A stretch of DNA of 64,000 bases, from positions 1,587,860 to 1,651,859 of the forward strand of contig NMRA01000016.1 of assembly GCA_002633005.1 (NCBI GenBank), read 5' to 3'. The stretch's first letter is position 1; every line of letters begins with the position of its first letter. Shown here one piece after another: positions 23,686 to 37,759 of the stretch. Under the pieces are notes generated by a model that had not been told where the DNA came from, ran no database searches, and saw only the letters and a list, made by a program, of their open reading frames with translations. This DNA is from Phoronis australis (lineage: Eukaryota > Animalia > Phoronida). Both the position numbers and the translations under genes were made by a program.

Positions 23686-24980
23686 GTAAGTCTCAAAGTG
23701 CAGTCTTGTTTTTGCGCATTGGCATTACCTAGTAAGTTGTTTTTGAACTTGTATGTTAACCTCAAATTAACTCTGTCAGTGATTTTTGCACCTAAGATGA
23801 CTTGTAAGCAATTTTTTCACAGATATAATTATTATGCGTTTTATTGCAACTGTACTCTTGTGCCCATCAAGTATTAACTTCAATGCAGCATTTTAAAGTA
23901 ATAAATCATGTGCTTTACCGTAGTTTCAGCACATGATGTAACTTTAATTTCAATACAAGAAATATGCAGCTATATAATACAAGTGCATCGAATTATGTCT
24001 GAAGTTGATAATATCCAGGAAAAAAATCAACGTTCAGGTATGGTCTCCCAAAGCAGTCAGCACACTCCATTTTTCTCAGTTAAGGAATTTGCATTATTTC
24101 CTAAATTAAACATGCATATTAATGAAATAAAAATTTTCACTCTAGGGATTTATGACAGTGGAGAAACATTGTTGACCACTAGAACTTTGACCCTATTGCA
24201 AAAAGTGTATAGCCCAACTGGAGTGAATTTACATCATGGAACTAAGTGTACGGTTGATGAATGAGCAATTAATGAAATTCTGATTAAAGAAGCGCAGTGT
24301 GAAATATTTCGTGTAGAGTATTTTCTCAACAATTGTAAATTGATGATTACAGCATTGAAGCTACTAGTTTGAACTTGAAATCTGAATTTTACTGGAGTTT
24401 GTAGCTACAGTCAAGGGTTCATTCGGACTACATTACTCACTTGCGTAATATGCAATATACTCGACCACAGAGTAATAGATGATTATCGTGTGTTTGTATT
24501 AGGAGAAGGGAATATATCAATTGAAAGTATTGGGAGTTTGGTTTTGAGTAAAAGGATTGTACACTGAGCCCAGAACTGTTCGTACTTGTTCTCATTTTCG
24601 TCATTTTACGAGATATAGGTTGATGCAAGTCTGAAATATTTGTTGACAACTTCAGTCTGACATTGATATCATGGCAATGCAGCTTATTTAACATCCAAGT
24701 ACAGTATAAGCAAAAGTAATCAGACAAAATAGCGCTTTCCAATTGTGATGGCTAATTCGGAGAACTGCAAAAATTACTGGTCATAACTACTAGCATGGAC
24801 GGGCTCCCTTGCAAACTTTGCTGTTAATCCCCTTTCATTCTCGGTCATGAACGAAGACTACGCTGACGACGAATTTAGCTTCCTCCTAGCCATGATGACG
24901 GGAATCTGAATCATTCCTTTAGTACTTTTGGCTTGTACTGTGACAACTGGCTTTTATCAGCTTCTGTTGTGTGGTTTCAG

Positions 24981-25065
24981 TATCTCTGACCAGAATTCTG
25001 AGAACAAGATGACCATCGTCAACTTGGCCTCCATCTTTGGTCCAGCTCTCATGACACTCGATTGT
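24981..25065 (+). CDS. ARAP: ARAP exon RhoGAP (NISDQNSENKMTIVNLASIFGPALMTLDC)
   Basis: tttcag|...|gtaagt; NKM...NLA.IFGP.L; phase 2 to 0. Confidence 0.95.
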
Positions 25066-25505
25066 GTAAGTCAACAGTTTCTACAACTTAAAAGGAAGGA
25101 TTATTTGGCAAATGAATTGGATTAAACTTACAATTAGTGTTCAGTTTGACCGTAAGTGTTAACGTTTGTGGCGCCACTTTCCAATTCATGAAGTATCTAA
25201 CTACAAATCATCTCGATTATGAAGACTTTTTGTTGCATATTGTTGCTTGCCTTTATGACTTTTTGTGAGGAAATCTGCAGTTCAACAAATGTGACATTAA
25301 TATGAGGGAAATATTGGTTATTCTTTAGCCAAAGGATAGTATGCTGATGAAGGATAAGCCGTTTTTTTTTTTGTTAACTGATAGACTGGAAACAAAAATC
25401 TGTTAACTAGCAAGGAATCATCCATAGGATAAGGTCCTGTCAAGATTGCAAATGTCTCACTAGCGCCACCTAGTGAATGTCACGCCTCCTATTGCTCTTT
25501 CACAG

Positions 25506-25601
25506 GACCAGGATGCTGCACGCTCCACTGGGTTTGATACTACAAAGTATGAGATTACAACAATTGTTGACATGATACAGTATAATACCTGGCTGTTTGA
25601 G
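25506..25601 (+). CDS. ARAP: ARAP exon RhoGAP end (DQDAARSTGFDTTKYEITTIVDMIQYNTWLFE)
   Basis: tcacag|...|gtatgt; terminal RhoGAP helix; phase 0 to 0. Confidence 0.92.
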
Positions 25602-26116
25602 GTATGTTTACATGCTGGACCATATGAACGCTTTTTGTAACCATGTTGACGTGGTTGAACAATTAGATTTCTGTCTCTCCAGATAGCTGTTTTTACAATA
25701 AATGTTGTGAGATTCATTTTGGAACCAAAGAACCATACCTTGATGTGGTTAGTGTGCATCCGTTTTGTCCAAGGACTTGATTTACCACCGGGTACGCCCT
25801 CTATCCATGAGATGTGGACGATACGACTGTGTACACTTACCACTTCAATGTGCGATTCTTTAGTTCTGAAAAGGATCTTCACTTAAAGTGTTTTCGTCAC
25901 TTAAATGGAACCCAGTAATACATCGTCTCATTGTGAGATTCGGTTTGTTTTCCTTGTCTTTATAGGAATAGACTGTCTTTAATTCCTGTTGATAGTATTG
26001 AAATCAATGTAATATGGAGTTGGTATCTCACAATCCATAATATTTTAAAATTAAGATTTCCTAGTTCACTTGCCTTCTGTGTCAAAATATATTGGGACAT
26101 GTACCTTTGATTTTAG

Positions 26117-26263
26117 GTGGAGGATGCGGAACTTGACAAGGAAAGAAAGATTCAAGAGGCCCTGGAGAAGATGAAGAATGCTCAGTCTCAGAAGGTGCAG
26201 GCTGGCGAGTTCATAATGGGTGTCTACATGAATGACCGGCAGGGCAAGTGCTTGAACATCAAG
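26117..26263 (+). CDS. ARAP: ARAP exon linker and RA start (VEDAELDKERKIQEALEKMK...AGEFIMGVYMNDRQGKCLNIK)
   Basis: ttttag|...|gtatgg; AG.FI..VY RA-domain start; phase 0 to 0. Confidence 0.93.
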
Positions 26264-27959
26264 GTATGGTCCCACTCAACGGCCAGTGTTCACTGAGCTA
26301 TGATGTATTAAGGGGTAAAGTTAATGTCTTTTGTACAGCAGTGTCTTTATAGAAAATGCAAATCCTCAATTTTCTTGTTGGGATGTTTCACCTTTTATTA
26401 CCGGTCCGTTGTCTCTTATTAACTGCTATACACAACAATACTGAGGGCACGTTTTCAGCCCAGCAATGAAGTTCCCCTGGATCATGATTCTGTTTACACT
26501 TTCACTAGGCTAGCTCAGTGACCGACTGTGTGTTCAACTGCAAGTGGGGTCATCGACCCTAAGTGAAATTCTATAATTTATCACTATATTGTGATATGGA
26601 CAGGCCGATCATGCCAAAACTAAGTGGCCGCACATCTTATCCAATGGTGGAATTACTTTGACACTTGTCATGATGTCGTCACTTGGTTATTTTTTTGGAC
26701 CTTCAAAAAATCTTGAAATGTCTTTATGCTCAATCTCATGTCCTGGGATATAGGTCACAGACATGACATTTTGGCTGATTGATCACAAAACATGAGGTGC
26801 TCGCGATCTGGACTTGCTATGACGTCACTCTAAACTTGAAGTGTTCCAATGTCTTGCTGAGTGTCCATCGGTGGTCACACCTGTATTTTTAGCAAGTTTC
26901 ACTAGAAAACCGTTGCACCCGCTCACTTTAATGCCCTGGGCTGGAAGCTCAAATTTCAGGGTAAAAATTGTACTGAGTTTGGATATTAAATAAAACATAA
27001 TACAACATTTTGGAGAAATCAGATGTCCTTGAAATATAAGAATTGCCTTTTCAACCCAGCCTTGTGTGGATACCAAAAAAGCGTCCGCGTGTTCTTCAAT
27101 GATGTGTTTATTCAAGGATTCTACTTCTGGGTATGTTCCCCACTCGTTAAACAAAGCCAAATTTTGGTGCACACGTTGCTTCTAAGTCTTAGCCATGCAA
27201 ACTGGGCCGGTTTAGGAAATGTTAAAATTTTTCGTGGACATTGTCGAAGATATATGAGCTTTTGTAAGGAATTCTGTTTTGATTTCATATGGTGGTAGAC
27301 TTATAACACAACGTAAACATTAAAAATACAGTCAAGCCTTAGGGTAGGCGTTAGTGTTGAATGCTGGTGTTGACCCAAAAAGTAACCAATGATTAGGAAA
27401 CATTCCAAAACTCTTCAAGAACAGGTGTTTGAGTGCTGTGATGTTGTTTTACAAGTTTAACGGTTGTCCAGCTGTTGCTGCCCTCTGCCATTCTCCTTTA
27501 GCTTTATTCGTTTTGTTTTTAAGACTGTCATGCTTTCAGCATTTTGTTAATTACTGTAGCTTCAATTATTAAAAGGACTTTATTGCCTTTATGGCCAAAA
27601 ATGCACATTTGATATAATTATTTTTGAATGGGATATACTAAAGTTATTAGCTTTGGTTGTAGCTGTAAAGCAACAGAATCCATTAAGTTTTATGATTTTC
27701 TTTACATATCACCAATTCTTGCTGTTATTTGCCAGACATTTGCTGTAATCAAGACCTGTGACGTTATCAATGAAATACACTTGCCTTAAAATGTTTTCAT
27801 TTGCCAAGGTATTTAGTTCCGTCTGCACAGTGTTAGGCTGTGATCATGGAGGTTGCAGTTTTGACTCCAAACTGAGGCTTATTTCATTAAGGGCATGTTG
27901 TGCTAAACACTGTCAGTGTAAAATGTTCTTTCCTGTTTCAAATTCCTTTTGTAATTCAG

Positions 27960-28068
27960 GTTCCGGGGTACATGACTGCGGAAGAACTCGTACTTCAGGT
28001 CTCCGCTTCTGAAGAGTTCAACCCCAACAGATATGCAGTGTTCGAAGTGATATGCCAGGGAGAGTTAG
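27960..28068 (+). CDS. ARAP: ARAP exon RA domain (VPGYMTAEELVLQVSASEEFNPNRYAVFEVICQGEL)
   Basis: attcag|...|gtaata; MTAEEL...FEVI...EL; phase 0 to 1. Confidence 0.93.
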
Positions 28069-29218
28069 GTAATAGTTGACTGAGTACGCAACAAGGGGTT
28101 TAAGAAGGAAAGGAATCTGGTCTGAACATTCGAATCTGGGTGTTAATTTTACAATGTCTTTATATGATTGACAAGGGCGCCATTTTGAAAAGTGTTTATG
28201 AATTAAGTGACTGTGTGTTATGGCTATAGGCCGTCTGAAAAAATTATGGAAACTTTAAATTTGATATCGAAACAAACTGCTTTCAACTTTTGTTCACACA
28301 ACCCGTTTTGGTTGATATGATTTTATATCAGACTCACCGTCTGGTACATTACACGTTTCATGGAAAAAATCTTTCGGCCATTTTTCATCGCTCAGTGATA
28401 AGAAATTATGACATCTCCATTGATATCATATCATACCATTCAGTTTTTGGTCATGGTTGAATTGATAAGTTGTGATTGGCAATGTACGGCGGTTAGTAGT
28501 TTTGTCCAAAAACAGGTTGGGAAAGTCTATCCTGATTTTGCAATTCATACTATGAGTCTCGGGAGACAAAATGAATACATTGGCTCAGTAAAAAATTAGC
28601 TTTTTATCAGGAAAATGATTGAATTGCCTCCATTTTTGACAACCTGTCATTGCTGGTGTCTTCATCTGTGTGCATTTTGTGCCGTTGACACTGACCAAGA
28701 CGTCAGTGACCACCAGTTGTAGAATATTTATGTCAGAGGTGATAATGAATTTCGTGTTGATGAATACCTTCGGTTGGTTTTTATCTCTCAGCATGCTCAC
28801 TCAACACATGCGACGAAAATTAAACCTGCGCTGTTGCATGATTTTTATGAAAATCTGTATATAAGGGAGATACTGTGGTAAAATCTCACTAATTTTGGAC
28901 AAAAACAATTACCAAAATTATGCTTTTTCATTTTTCAAGGGCTTCCGGTGCTGTTGTGAATGCCCAAAGTTTTTCCAAATAATGTCTGACTGTAGCTGTG
29001 GCAGAAAACTTGGAACTTGGCATTAAAGCTAGTGCTAGTGGAAAAAAATGAGAAAACAGAATAAATATTTCACTCATCCACCTTACTGAGATTTTTCTGT
29101 TCTGCGGAATTTTATTGACTGTTGGAGAGGGCAGAGCTGATAGTGCGGGAGGACAATGAAGTGGATGCCTGCAGTAAACGTGACTAACATAGATCTACAT
29201 GTATCTGTTAAACTGTAG

Positions 29219-29349
29219 AACGACCACTTAACGACCATGAAAAGGTGCTGGACGTGACGTTGAGTTGGAGCTCATGGGATGAGGAGTTTCGAAAGGAGAA
29301 CTACTTGTGCATCAAACACAACTACGTACAGCTGAAGGTTGATACTGTA
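29219..29349 (+). CDS. ARAP: ARAP exon RA end (ERPLNDHEKVLDVTLSWSSWDEEFRKENYLCIKHNYVQLKVDTV)
   Basis: ctgtag|...|gtaagt; ERPL...EKVL....W...YL.IK; phase 1 to 0. Confidence 0.94.
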
Positions 29350-29593
29350 GTAAGTAACAACAACAGATATGTAGTTTTCAAATAAGAAATGCTGGTGTAT
29401 AAACACAACTGTTACTGACTTTCTTAAAACTCTGACAGAGTGATACTTTAATATTCTGGCATCATGCCATGTGATAAAATAACCGAGTTAGTTGACAAGC
29501 TTACATTAATTTGACATTATTGGGTTTGGCCTCTAATTCCTTTTGTCATCTGCACTACTCCGTTTTCTCAATTCTCTGTGATTTTTATTTCAG

Positions 29594-29707
29594 ATCAGTC
29601 CTCATCTCTCTTCATTCAGTGAGCTCAAGTTCAGCAACAAGAAGAATTTCAAAAAGTTTTTCTTCCAGTTCAGCCAATCGAAGCTAAGCTACTTCAAAGA
29701 TTCCAAG
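29594..29707 (+). CDS. ARAP: ARAP exon: last PH start (ISPHLSSFSELKFSNKKNFKKFFFQFSQSKLSYFKDSK)
   Basis: tttcag|...|gtgggt; F...L.YFKD.K; phase 0 to 0. Confidence 0.9.
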
Positions 29708-30175
29708 GTGGGTACTGTCCTGATGAAGATGGTATGCTTGTACTGAAACATCCAGCATTTCAGATTTTTTTATGTTGTGCTGTTGTCTGTGAGGCACAAA
29801 CACTTTGCGTGTAAAGTCCTAGTATATTTAATAATCAAAGAGGGCTGAATACTCTTGAGTGTAATTTTGGTCAGTTTTTTAGTTCTGTTAGATCCAGGCA
29901 GCCGTTGGAAGGAATATGCTATTTTACTCTGTTCAATATTGTCTCCGGTGTGTATTGCGCCATCTCAGTAAAATAGACCTTACTTTTAGTTTGTTTTTGG
30001 AAAAATGACCAGCGAAGACAACCACCTAGTCAGCTTTCTGGTAGTAGCAAGTTAATAGCTCCTCTCTGAGCCCGGGGCTCTCGTCCAAAATAAGGGTAGT
30101 ATGATCGTACTGAGGCATATTAATGTTCCACTTCAGTGCATTTGCTGGACAATCTTGGACACTGCTAAGGCTAAA

Positions 30176-30432
30176 TACACTACAAGCCAAAAGTAATTTG
30201 ACGGAATACTATTTTCACACCGTGCTGGCTTATTCTGTTGATGGCAAAAATTACTGGTAGTAACTATTTGAGTGTGGCAAAATTCTAATTACAGAAGGGC
30301 TTAGTCACCTTAGTTAACTTTCTTATTAATTTCTTTCACTTTCGGTCATGATAGGACTTCTGTGAGGAATTCACCTTCCGTCCAGTCGTCATGGCGGAGA
30401 ATTTTGCCTGAATACTTTTGGCCTGTACGGTA
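30176..30432. mobile_element. Tc1/mariner-type MITE; related fragment near 32520-32750
   Basis: tacactacaagccaaaagta / tacttttggcctgtacggta TIRs with TA ends. Confidence 0.6.
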
Positions 30433-32380
30433 CTTACCCCACACCACAGTTGTTGAGAAGTAAATTTACCCTCTGAGATGTTACCAATTTCGAAATAATC
30501 TCAACGCAATACCAGTCTGTTACACTACCTAAGTATGGGAGAAACACACTCAAGTTGGTTTTACGTCTCTACCAACACCTTCTGTGAGAAAATCCATTCT
30601 TTGTGTAAAGTGTAAGAGCCTCGTCTTACACACAAAACGGACAGGTCGATTTTTATCTCAACATGTTACAATGTAGGTATAGTTCTGAATGGAAAAGTAC
30701 ATATTTGTAATCAGAACGTCTGATTCAGCTGGAGCAGAGCCAAAAAAATTTGTTGATGTCTCAAACTGCCTCAACACAATTACACAAATGTGGGTTCATA
30801 TACAAGACACTTACATGCAAATTGCTATTCCGAGCGGCAACGCTTGCTACGATTATACATGTATCAGCACACTGAGTTAGTCAACAGACCCACCAATAGA
30901 TGGCCTACCAGTACAGTGTTTAGTGTTGCTGTGCTGTTTGAAATGATCAAAGGTGCTTAATCCTTGCTTTTTTCCAATTATTTAAATTGGTTTGAAATTC
31001 TTTGGAAATGAAGTAGGTGTTACAAAAATTAATTCGTTTTCACAGTTTTGACATTTTTCAACCAACACATTGACTGAGTAAACTGCAGTTTTACCACCTC
31101 TATTTTGTGGGGACACGGAATAAATTGTCCACTATTTGCAGTTAAGGAATGCATGGACTTTGGACTTTCAGGTTTTTTCTACCTGAATCATGATTTGTTT
31201 TGATGCATCACATACAAGAAATTTGCTTTAATTAGAATCTGTCTTGTTCACCAAAGTCAGAGTAAGCAACTTTTAAAACTGGGAGGTCTTACTAAATGCT
31301 ACAAAGTTGTACTACGTGGCAATTATTTTCTGGAATTATGCATAAATGCCACAGATTTGTACACTGTGGTCATTAGTTTTTGAATTGGGGATAATTGCTA
31401 CAATAATCATTTTCTTGGATTGTCCATAATTTTGAAGAGCTGCGTGTGCTGTAGCTATTACTATTTTTAAATTGCACATAATTGGTATAGAGTTACATAA
31501 TGCGGCATTTGTATGGTGCATGCAGAGTGATTATTGTGCGATTTCGTAATTGGTTTTGGGTTGCTCATCAATGCTACAAAATTCCCTGTGCATTTGTTTT
31601 CGTGGATTGTAAAACATTTTAGAGTTCTAGAAAGCTGCAGTTAGTTCTTTATTAAATGCTGCAAATTTCTGTAATGTTGTATTATTGGATTGTGCCTAGA
31701 TGCTACAGGGTTCTACAGTTTGATTTTTATTATTATTCGTAAATGTTACACAGTTATGTAAAATCTCAACAATTTTGGACAAAATGATTGCTAAAATTGG
31801 GTTTTCTATGCGTCTATATGTACATATTACATGGGTGCATTTTGCCATCTGATGTCCACTGAAGCTGCTGTATCTCTTAAAATTCTCACAGTATCTTGAT
31901 GAGATTTGGCAAATGTGTTTCTATGAAGGTGTTGACAGATGATGGGGAGATTTGGACTGATTCGACTACTACTGTGCCCCTTTGTGTGAATTTGATGTTT
32001 TTGCATTTGTGTCGTCTATCTTTAAATGTCCTTGATGGATTTTCATGAAATTCGGCAAATAAGTTCTGTTAGGGAGATGAGGAGGCCTTCTCATTTTCAG
32101 ACAGGCTTTACACATTCTTTACCACCAAATGGCCATTTTGAATTCAAATAAACACCCCTAAAAGCATTTACGGTGCTGTCATAGGCACATTTCAACGTTT
32201 TGCATTGCTCTTCTTGCATTGTAATTGAGAATGCTCAAAATTTCTCAAAACATTCATTTGTCTGGTAGTATTCATCTCCACGTGTCTGTCATATTGTATT
32301 CTCGACTGGAGAAATTTTACCATAATTTGACCACTTACCTCAAATTATTGTTTTATGTGACTATTCTTTTTTAATTACAG

Positions 32381-32511
32381 TTGGAAACCCCTGAAGCATC
32401 GTGGAATGCCGAAGACATCGTTCTGTTCATGGGTGTTGAAAAACGGCGAGCGCCGCCCAAAGATTATCCATTTGCATTCACCTTCATCTTGAGACACGAA
32501 CATGTGATAAG
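32381..32511 (+). CDS. ARAP: ARAP exon last PH (LETPEASWNAEDIVLFMGVEKRRAPPKDYPFAFTFILRHEHVI)
   Basis: ttacag|...|gtacgc; PE..W......G....PP....FT matches ARAP terminal PH; phase 0 to 2. Confidence 0.92.
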
Positions 32512-34410
32512 GTACGCCAAAACTATTCACTAGACAAAATGACCTGAAATTCCCCGTCATGACAGCTGGGCGGAAGACAAATTCATTGTCAAAACGGTTT
32601 TCCGTTGTGACCAAGAATGAAGGTGGCTAAGAAATTTTGTAATAATAATTCTGTACCCATAATAGTTATTACCGCTCATTTTTGCTGTTAACCGAATTAG
32701 CCGGCATGACAGGGAAACAGATTTTGTCTAATTACTTTTGTCTTGTACTGTATGTGGCCCATTGATTACTTTTGTCTTGTACATCATTGTGCTATAATGA
32801 ATTAATCTTTTCAACTAATTTACTGGACAAGACACTTCATGCACTGTCCTTCCATTGGCTGAGTTGTTGTTCGTGAGCGCCATCTTGCCTATGGAAGTGT
32901 GCACTTTGTACATACTAGTCACAGGATGAACGAGTTCATGTCCGAGTGAATACATACTAACAAGGCCAATGACGTCTACACTTTCTGCTCTGAGTATTCC
33001 TGGCCTGTTAGGCCCCTCCTGAAATAGCACTGCGCCACTCTCATTCGAAGGTATTTACCCACAATGCAACACATGCGTAGAGCACTTTAACCTCAAGTTT
33101 CTTCTCATGCAAGACAGTGTACTTGTCACTATCTAAAATCCTGTTAAGTATGTAATTTATCTTCGTAATGCAACTCATATCATTGCACCAAGAAATTAGC
33201 ACTGCTGAGTGCCCGATGTATTGGTCTTTCCTTTTTAATTAGCTGAGTAGTCAGTGAGTTACATTTTGAAAAGGAGGTCCATCATGCATTGCATTTTTCT
33301 ACCTCCTAGGAGAGTTCAATTGAGGACTGGCCTATTAGTCCTCATTTACAGCCTACAAGCATTTAGATGCTGTATTTCTGGACAACGGGGCGGTTAGTGT
33401 TGTGTTGGATTGTCTAACCTTCATAGACAAATTTATGGTCAAACGTCTTTTGTTGTTCAAGTTGCTAAGAAAATGTAGTTCAAGATGTTAAATTCCTAGG
33501 TGACCTGTTAATTAATCCCGAAGAAATAACAGTCAATAGGTATTGAGAGTAATTTATTTTTACCATATGATGGTTACTTTATTGATGTAATTAAATTTTG
33601 TTGCCTGACAAAAATGGAATCCTGACTGTTCATTTCCAAAGTTCATTTACGTATACCTTAACTGCTCAGTTCTCTAATCCATCAGTCAGCTTCAAGCAAA
33701 CAGCTCATTCCAGTTGTAAAATTTCTTGGATATCTGGTTACAATGAGAAAAGTATGTTGGTAATAGAAGTGTGTAAAGGAAACGCGACAAGACAACCATG
33801 TGTGTGTTGCTACTACGGGACTACTCTGTTTACCCGACGAATTGAGCTTCTAATTGACCGTCTGGCAGCAGACTTGCTTCATTAACTACATTCGACATTC
33901 TCCTTTTTTGTACTGTTCATCAGTGAACACTGTCTATTGGAAGCAAGAATTTACCAAAATGGCTGCTTGTTTTCAAAAGTTGGGTAGCCGTTCTCTGATC
34001 TCTACAACTTTGTTGCTTTAATTTGCGTTTTGTTTAAATTATAGGCAACATTGTCTGTATAGATTGAATGTTAGTATCTGAGTTACACTTTCTAGCAGTG
34101 ATCATCAATACTTCTTTAGTCATTGTCTTATGCTTTTACTATACCGGCGGGGATCTCAGTGTGTTAGTCGTTGCCTTCCTGTAACGTGTCTCATTAGTCT
34201 TGGAAGATAAACCGTTTCATCAATCAAGACAAAGTCTTCTATACGTACCTGCTTAATTGTATGAAAGGGCAATAACCTACTTCTTCTATTAAAATCCAAC
34301 TTTGATTGAAACCACTAACTGTGCAGTGTTATGAAACGGATTTCCTAGTCTTTCTTGATCCGATTAGAAGTGGTTTCTAGGCTTGTGAAAAACTGACAGG
34401 TCATTATAGC

Positions 34411-34460
34411 CGTAGATCAGGTTATTATAGCGTAGATCAGGTTATTATAGCGTAGATCAG
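34411..34460 (+). repeat. 20-bp tandem repeat x2.5 (cgtagatcaggttattatag)
   Basis: Direct inspection. Confidence 0.85.
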
Positions 34461-34839
34461 GCCCCGTATGTTTCCTGTCAGAAAAGGCTGTCAGGAGAGG
34501 ACCAAGTAATCAGTAACCAGTAACCACTTTCTATTTAAACGTTGAATAAAAACGCCATGATGCTGTATGCTTTGAAGCATCAAACACCAGTGATGAAAGT
34601 TTGTGTTTTTTTGTTAAAAACGCGAAAACATGATTGGTTTAGAGTAACTTTTACATTTTGTCATGTTTGTGTCAATAAGATTTGCTTCCAAAAGATTAAT
34701 GAGATGCAAAGCGGCTATAGACAAGTTTTGATTGAGACCACTTATCGTTATGAAACTAGTCTCAAATCAGAGGTGGTTTTGGAGCTCCAAAACAACTGAC
34801 AAGTCCTTATTTCTGAAGACCAAGCTCGTAAGACTTCAA

Positions 34840-35246
34840 GGCCCGGTCTCTAATCTTTTCACTCAAAATGGAACTCGAAATTATGTTTGACATTTTCTAC
34901 TCTAGTTTTGTGTGAACTCATGGTAAATGTCTATTACTCTATGCTCGAGCACATGTACATAATGACTTAGGTAAATAATTTATTAGTCCTAGTTTGCAGT
35001 TGATAAACCCAACATTAAAGCTAAAAGTTCGAGTTTGAACTCGAAATTTTGAGTTTTTACTCGAGTTTGTAGCATGAATATAAGGGTTTTCAAGGGTAAA
35101 CTTGGACTAGAAACCCATATGCATAAACTATAATGTATTCGAGCACACTCTGATAACCACTTATCTCGAGTTCGCACAAAAGGAGCAGAGAAATTGCCAG
35201 ATATAATTTTTAGTTTGTTTCGAGTACAAAGATTAGAGACCGGGCC
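34840..35246. mobile_element. PIF/Harbinger-like MITE
   Basis: TIRs ggcccggtctctaatcttt / aaagattagagaccgggcc. Confidence 0.8.
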
Positions 35247-35548
35247 CAGGTCATGATGTGAAATTTTAGGAGCTTGGTCTGAAAAAGCAATGGACTGTTG
35301 AATCTTCCAGAGACCAGAAATCCCTTCTAAACTGAGTGAGAACTAGACCAGATGAATTTTATAATAGGAGATGGCCTACCTATATCAGAACTTGTTTTCG
35401 ATGGAAAGCATGCATTTAATGTCGCTTTAAACAACAGTTGATCAGAACAAAATGTACAAAATGGTTGCAGAATACAGTTTTACTATGTGCGCACAACAAA
35501 TTTGTTGAAATAATTACGAAACGAAATTGTCGCGTCTCTCTGCTTCAG

Positions 35549-35639
35549 GAACAAGGAGAGTCCCTACTTTGGGCGCACGGTGTGTTGCGGGTCTGACGAG
35601 GAACTATATAGATGGGTGGCCGCCATACTCACAGCACAG
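35549..35639 (+). CDS. ARAP: ARAP exon last PH end (RNKESPYFGRTVCCGSDEELYRWVAAILTAQ)
   Basis: cttcag|...|gtgagg; CC......W.A.I..AQ; phase 2 to 0. Confidence 0.93.
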
Positions 35640-36329
35640 GTGAGGTTTTACCTGGCCTCAGGTAAATTAGGTTTTAGTCTTGTCACTGGATGCGGGATAT
35701 TGGAGCTCATTTACTTCAATTGTCGCGCAAAGCTTTCTTCGTTTCTGTCCAGGGCAGTTTTCAAATTGTAGGCAATAGACCAGACTTAACGAGAAAGCTG
35801 TCAATCAAGAGAAATTCCCAGACAAACTGCTAAGGATAATGAGTTACAACGGATCTGGATCTTGTTGAACTCTAAACAATTCTGTACTCTAGTCATGTTT
35901 AAATTTAGAAGACATTCTTTAGAGATGGAGATGATCTATAAATAAACGATATTCATTTGTTGCTGATGATCAAGTTTGAAGCAAGTTTTCTGTATTTGGA
36001 GAAGTTAATTAATGTCTTGCCTAGCATCACTTGCATTGTGTGAAGAATGTAATTCGATTGTTAATAACAATGTTGTATATAATTAGTTTTACTGGTCCGT
36101 AATCATCCAAAGTTACCTGGAAGACCAGAAACTGAACTGTCGACTCTCATGCTGGACTTACAGTTGCTGGATCTTAGTTCAGCAAATAAGACAATAAATT
36201 TAAATTCAACTGAATTTTTGCTGTGTTATGGTAATTCGTCAGTTTATTTACCTCACAATATGTCCGACAAGTGAAATTCTGATTTGTAAAACTTCTCCAC
36301 AAAAGTATAAATCAAGAACAGTTTAGTCT

Positions 36330-36718
36330 TGAGTCTCATCCAAACACGTGTTTACTCGAGAACAATTTCACTCGTGCAACTTGCCTCACTTTAAGCGGAC
36401 TGTCAATACATGCTTATCCCATAACCAACGCCACGCGAAAGTTGTCACTTCGCACGTGACAATGAACAGCTGATATTAGCACAGCCCGAAAAAGATCAAT
36501 TTTTATGTAATGGAAGCTTATAAATATTTCCGCCAGGCTTGTGACAACCCAGCAATTAGAAGTGGAGCAATTTACCCAACCTTCATAAGGTGGCGTAAGT
36601 TGTCACAAGTGGGGCAAGTTGCACTAGTTTAAATAGCGTCCGAACAGTCCCCAAACCTAGCGACAACTCGTTCCAAGAGTATCTTGTTCCAGTTTAAGTC
36701 TGTGTGTGGACGGCACTT
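36330..36718. mobile_element. Degenerate Harbinger-like MITE
   Basis: Internal inverted repeat tgcaacttgcctcactt / aagtggggcaagttgca; right end gtgtggacggcactta. Confidence 0.45.
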
Positions 36719-37411
36719 ATTACAGGGATGTTTTTCCGGTGCGTAGATGTCATAAAACAATATTTACTTTTAAGTTCCTTGTACTTCTAAAAGGATAATC
36801 AGCTTTTGAAAATGGAAAAATGAGGATTTTGACAATTATTTTTGGTAAAAGAAGTGGAGAATTACCATATACATCAAAACGAGTTTTTTTTGATATGATT
36901 TAGAAAAATCCCCAAACCTGCGTGTTCTTGTAATCTCTGAAAATTTTTAATTCTGAAACATTGGCAATCAATTGCTAATGACCTCAGCTGTGAAAAGTCG
37001 CAAAATCTTGTCTAGTTTGATTTTTAAATAAGTGAAAAGTGATAAACATAAAGGATTCAGCAACTTTAAGTGTTTGACAAAACAAAACAATGCTTTTTGG
37101 TGAATGTGAGAGTTGTCCTAGGGGACACTGGACTTGCAGGGGACGTTGGACATTTGAAAACTGAACAGTGTCTAAGGATTTTTGACGGCGGCTGTCCATC
37201 ACATTTAACCCTACTAACAAGGTTTTCTATAAAGTGTGGACTAACTATAGTTTTTGGCAAAAACAACCTTACATTGGGTCAGTTGGCCAAGAATGAACTC
37301 TTTGCCCCAAATTTACGTAGTTTTTCATCCAAAAATTATCTCATCAGCGATGCATCCATGTGTACCCAGTCAGTCGAAGTAGGCTCAGCAAACTGATTTC
37401 CGTTTTTTCAG

Positions 37412-37498
37412 AGGTCAACCCGTGCGAGTTGCTACAGCACAGCATCATTCGATTACTCGTTCAAGGAGGCACCCTCCGGCCTGGCCAGTGTTAGCAAG
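37412..37498 (+). CDS. ARAP: Probable ARAP C-terminal tail exon (RSTRASCYSTASFDYSFKEAPSGLASVSK)
   Basis: ttttttcag|...aag|gtactg; 87 nt open in phase 0; GC-richer than flanks; no domain homology recognised. Confidence 0.65.
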
Positions 37499-37759
37499 GT
37501 ACTGAGATTCCCTCATGTATAGAATCCCTGTGTCTCTTCCTTACCTTCATCATTCTATTCCAGTCTACTCCTGTCGCAGACAAGTCCGTGATTGTTTTTC
37601 TTGTTTAGAAATGACCTGCACAGACTATTCAGATGGATATTATGTGGTTAAGATGTGATCCACTAGTTTCAAAGCACGTTCATAAGAAGTAGCAGTAATA
37701 GAACAGTTTCATTTCTACCTCACCGTGTTTAGAATAAGGTTGTTACGGTAATATATCAG

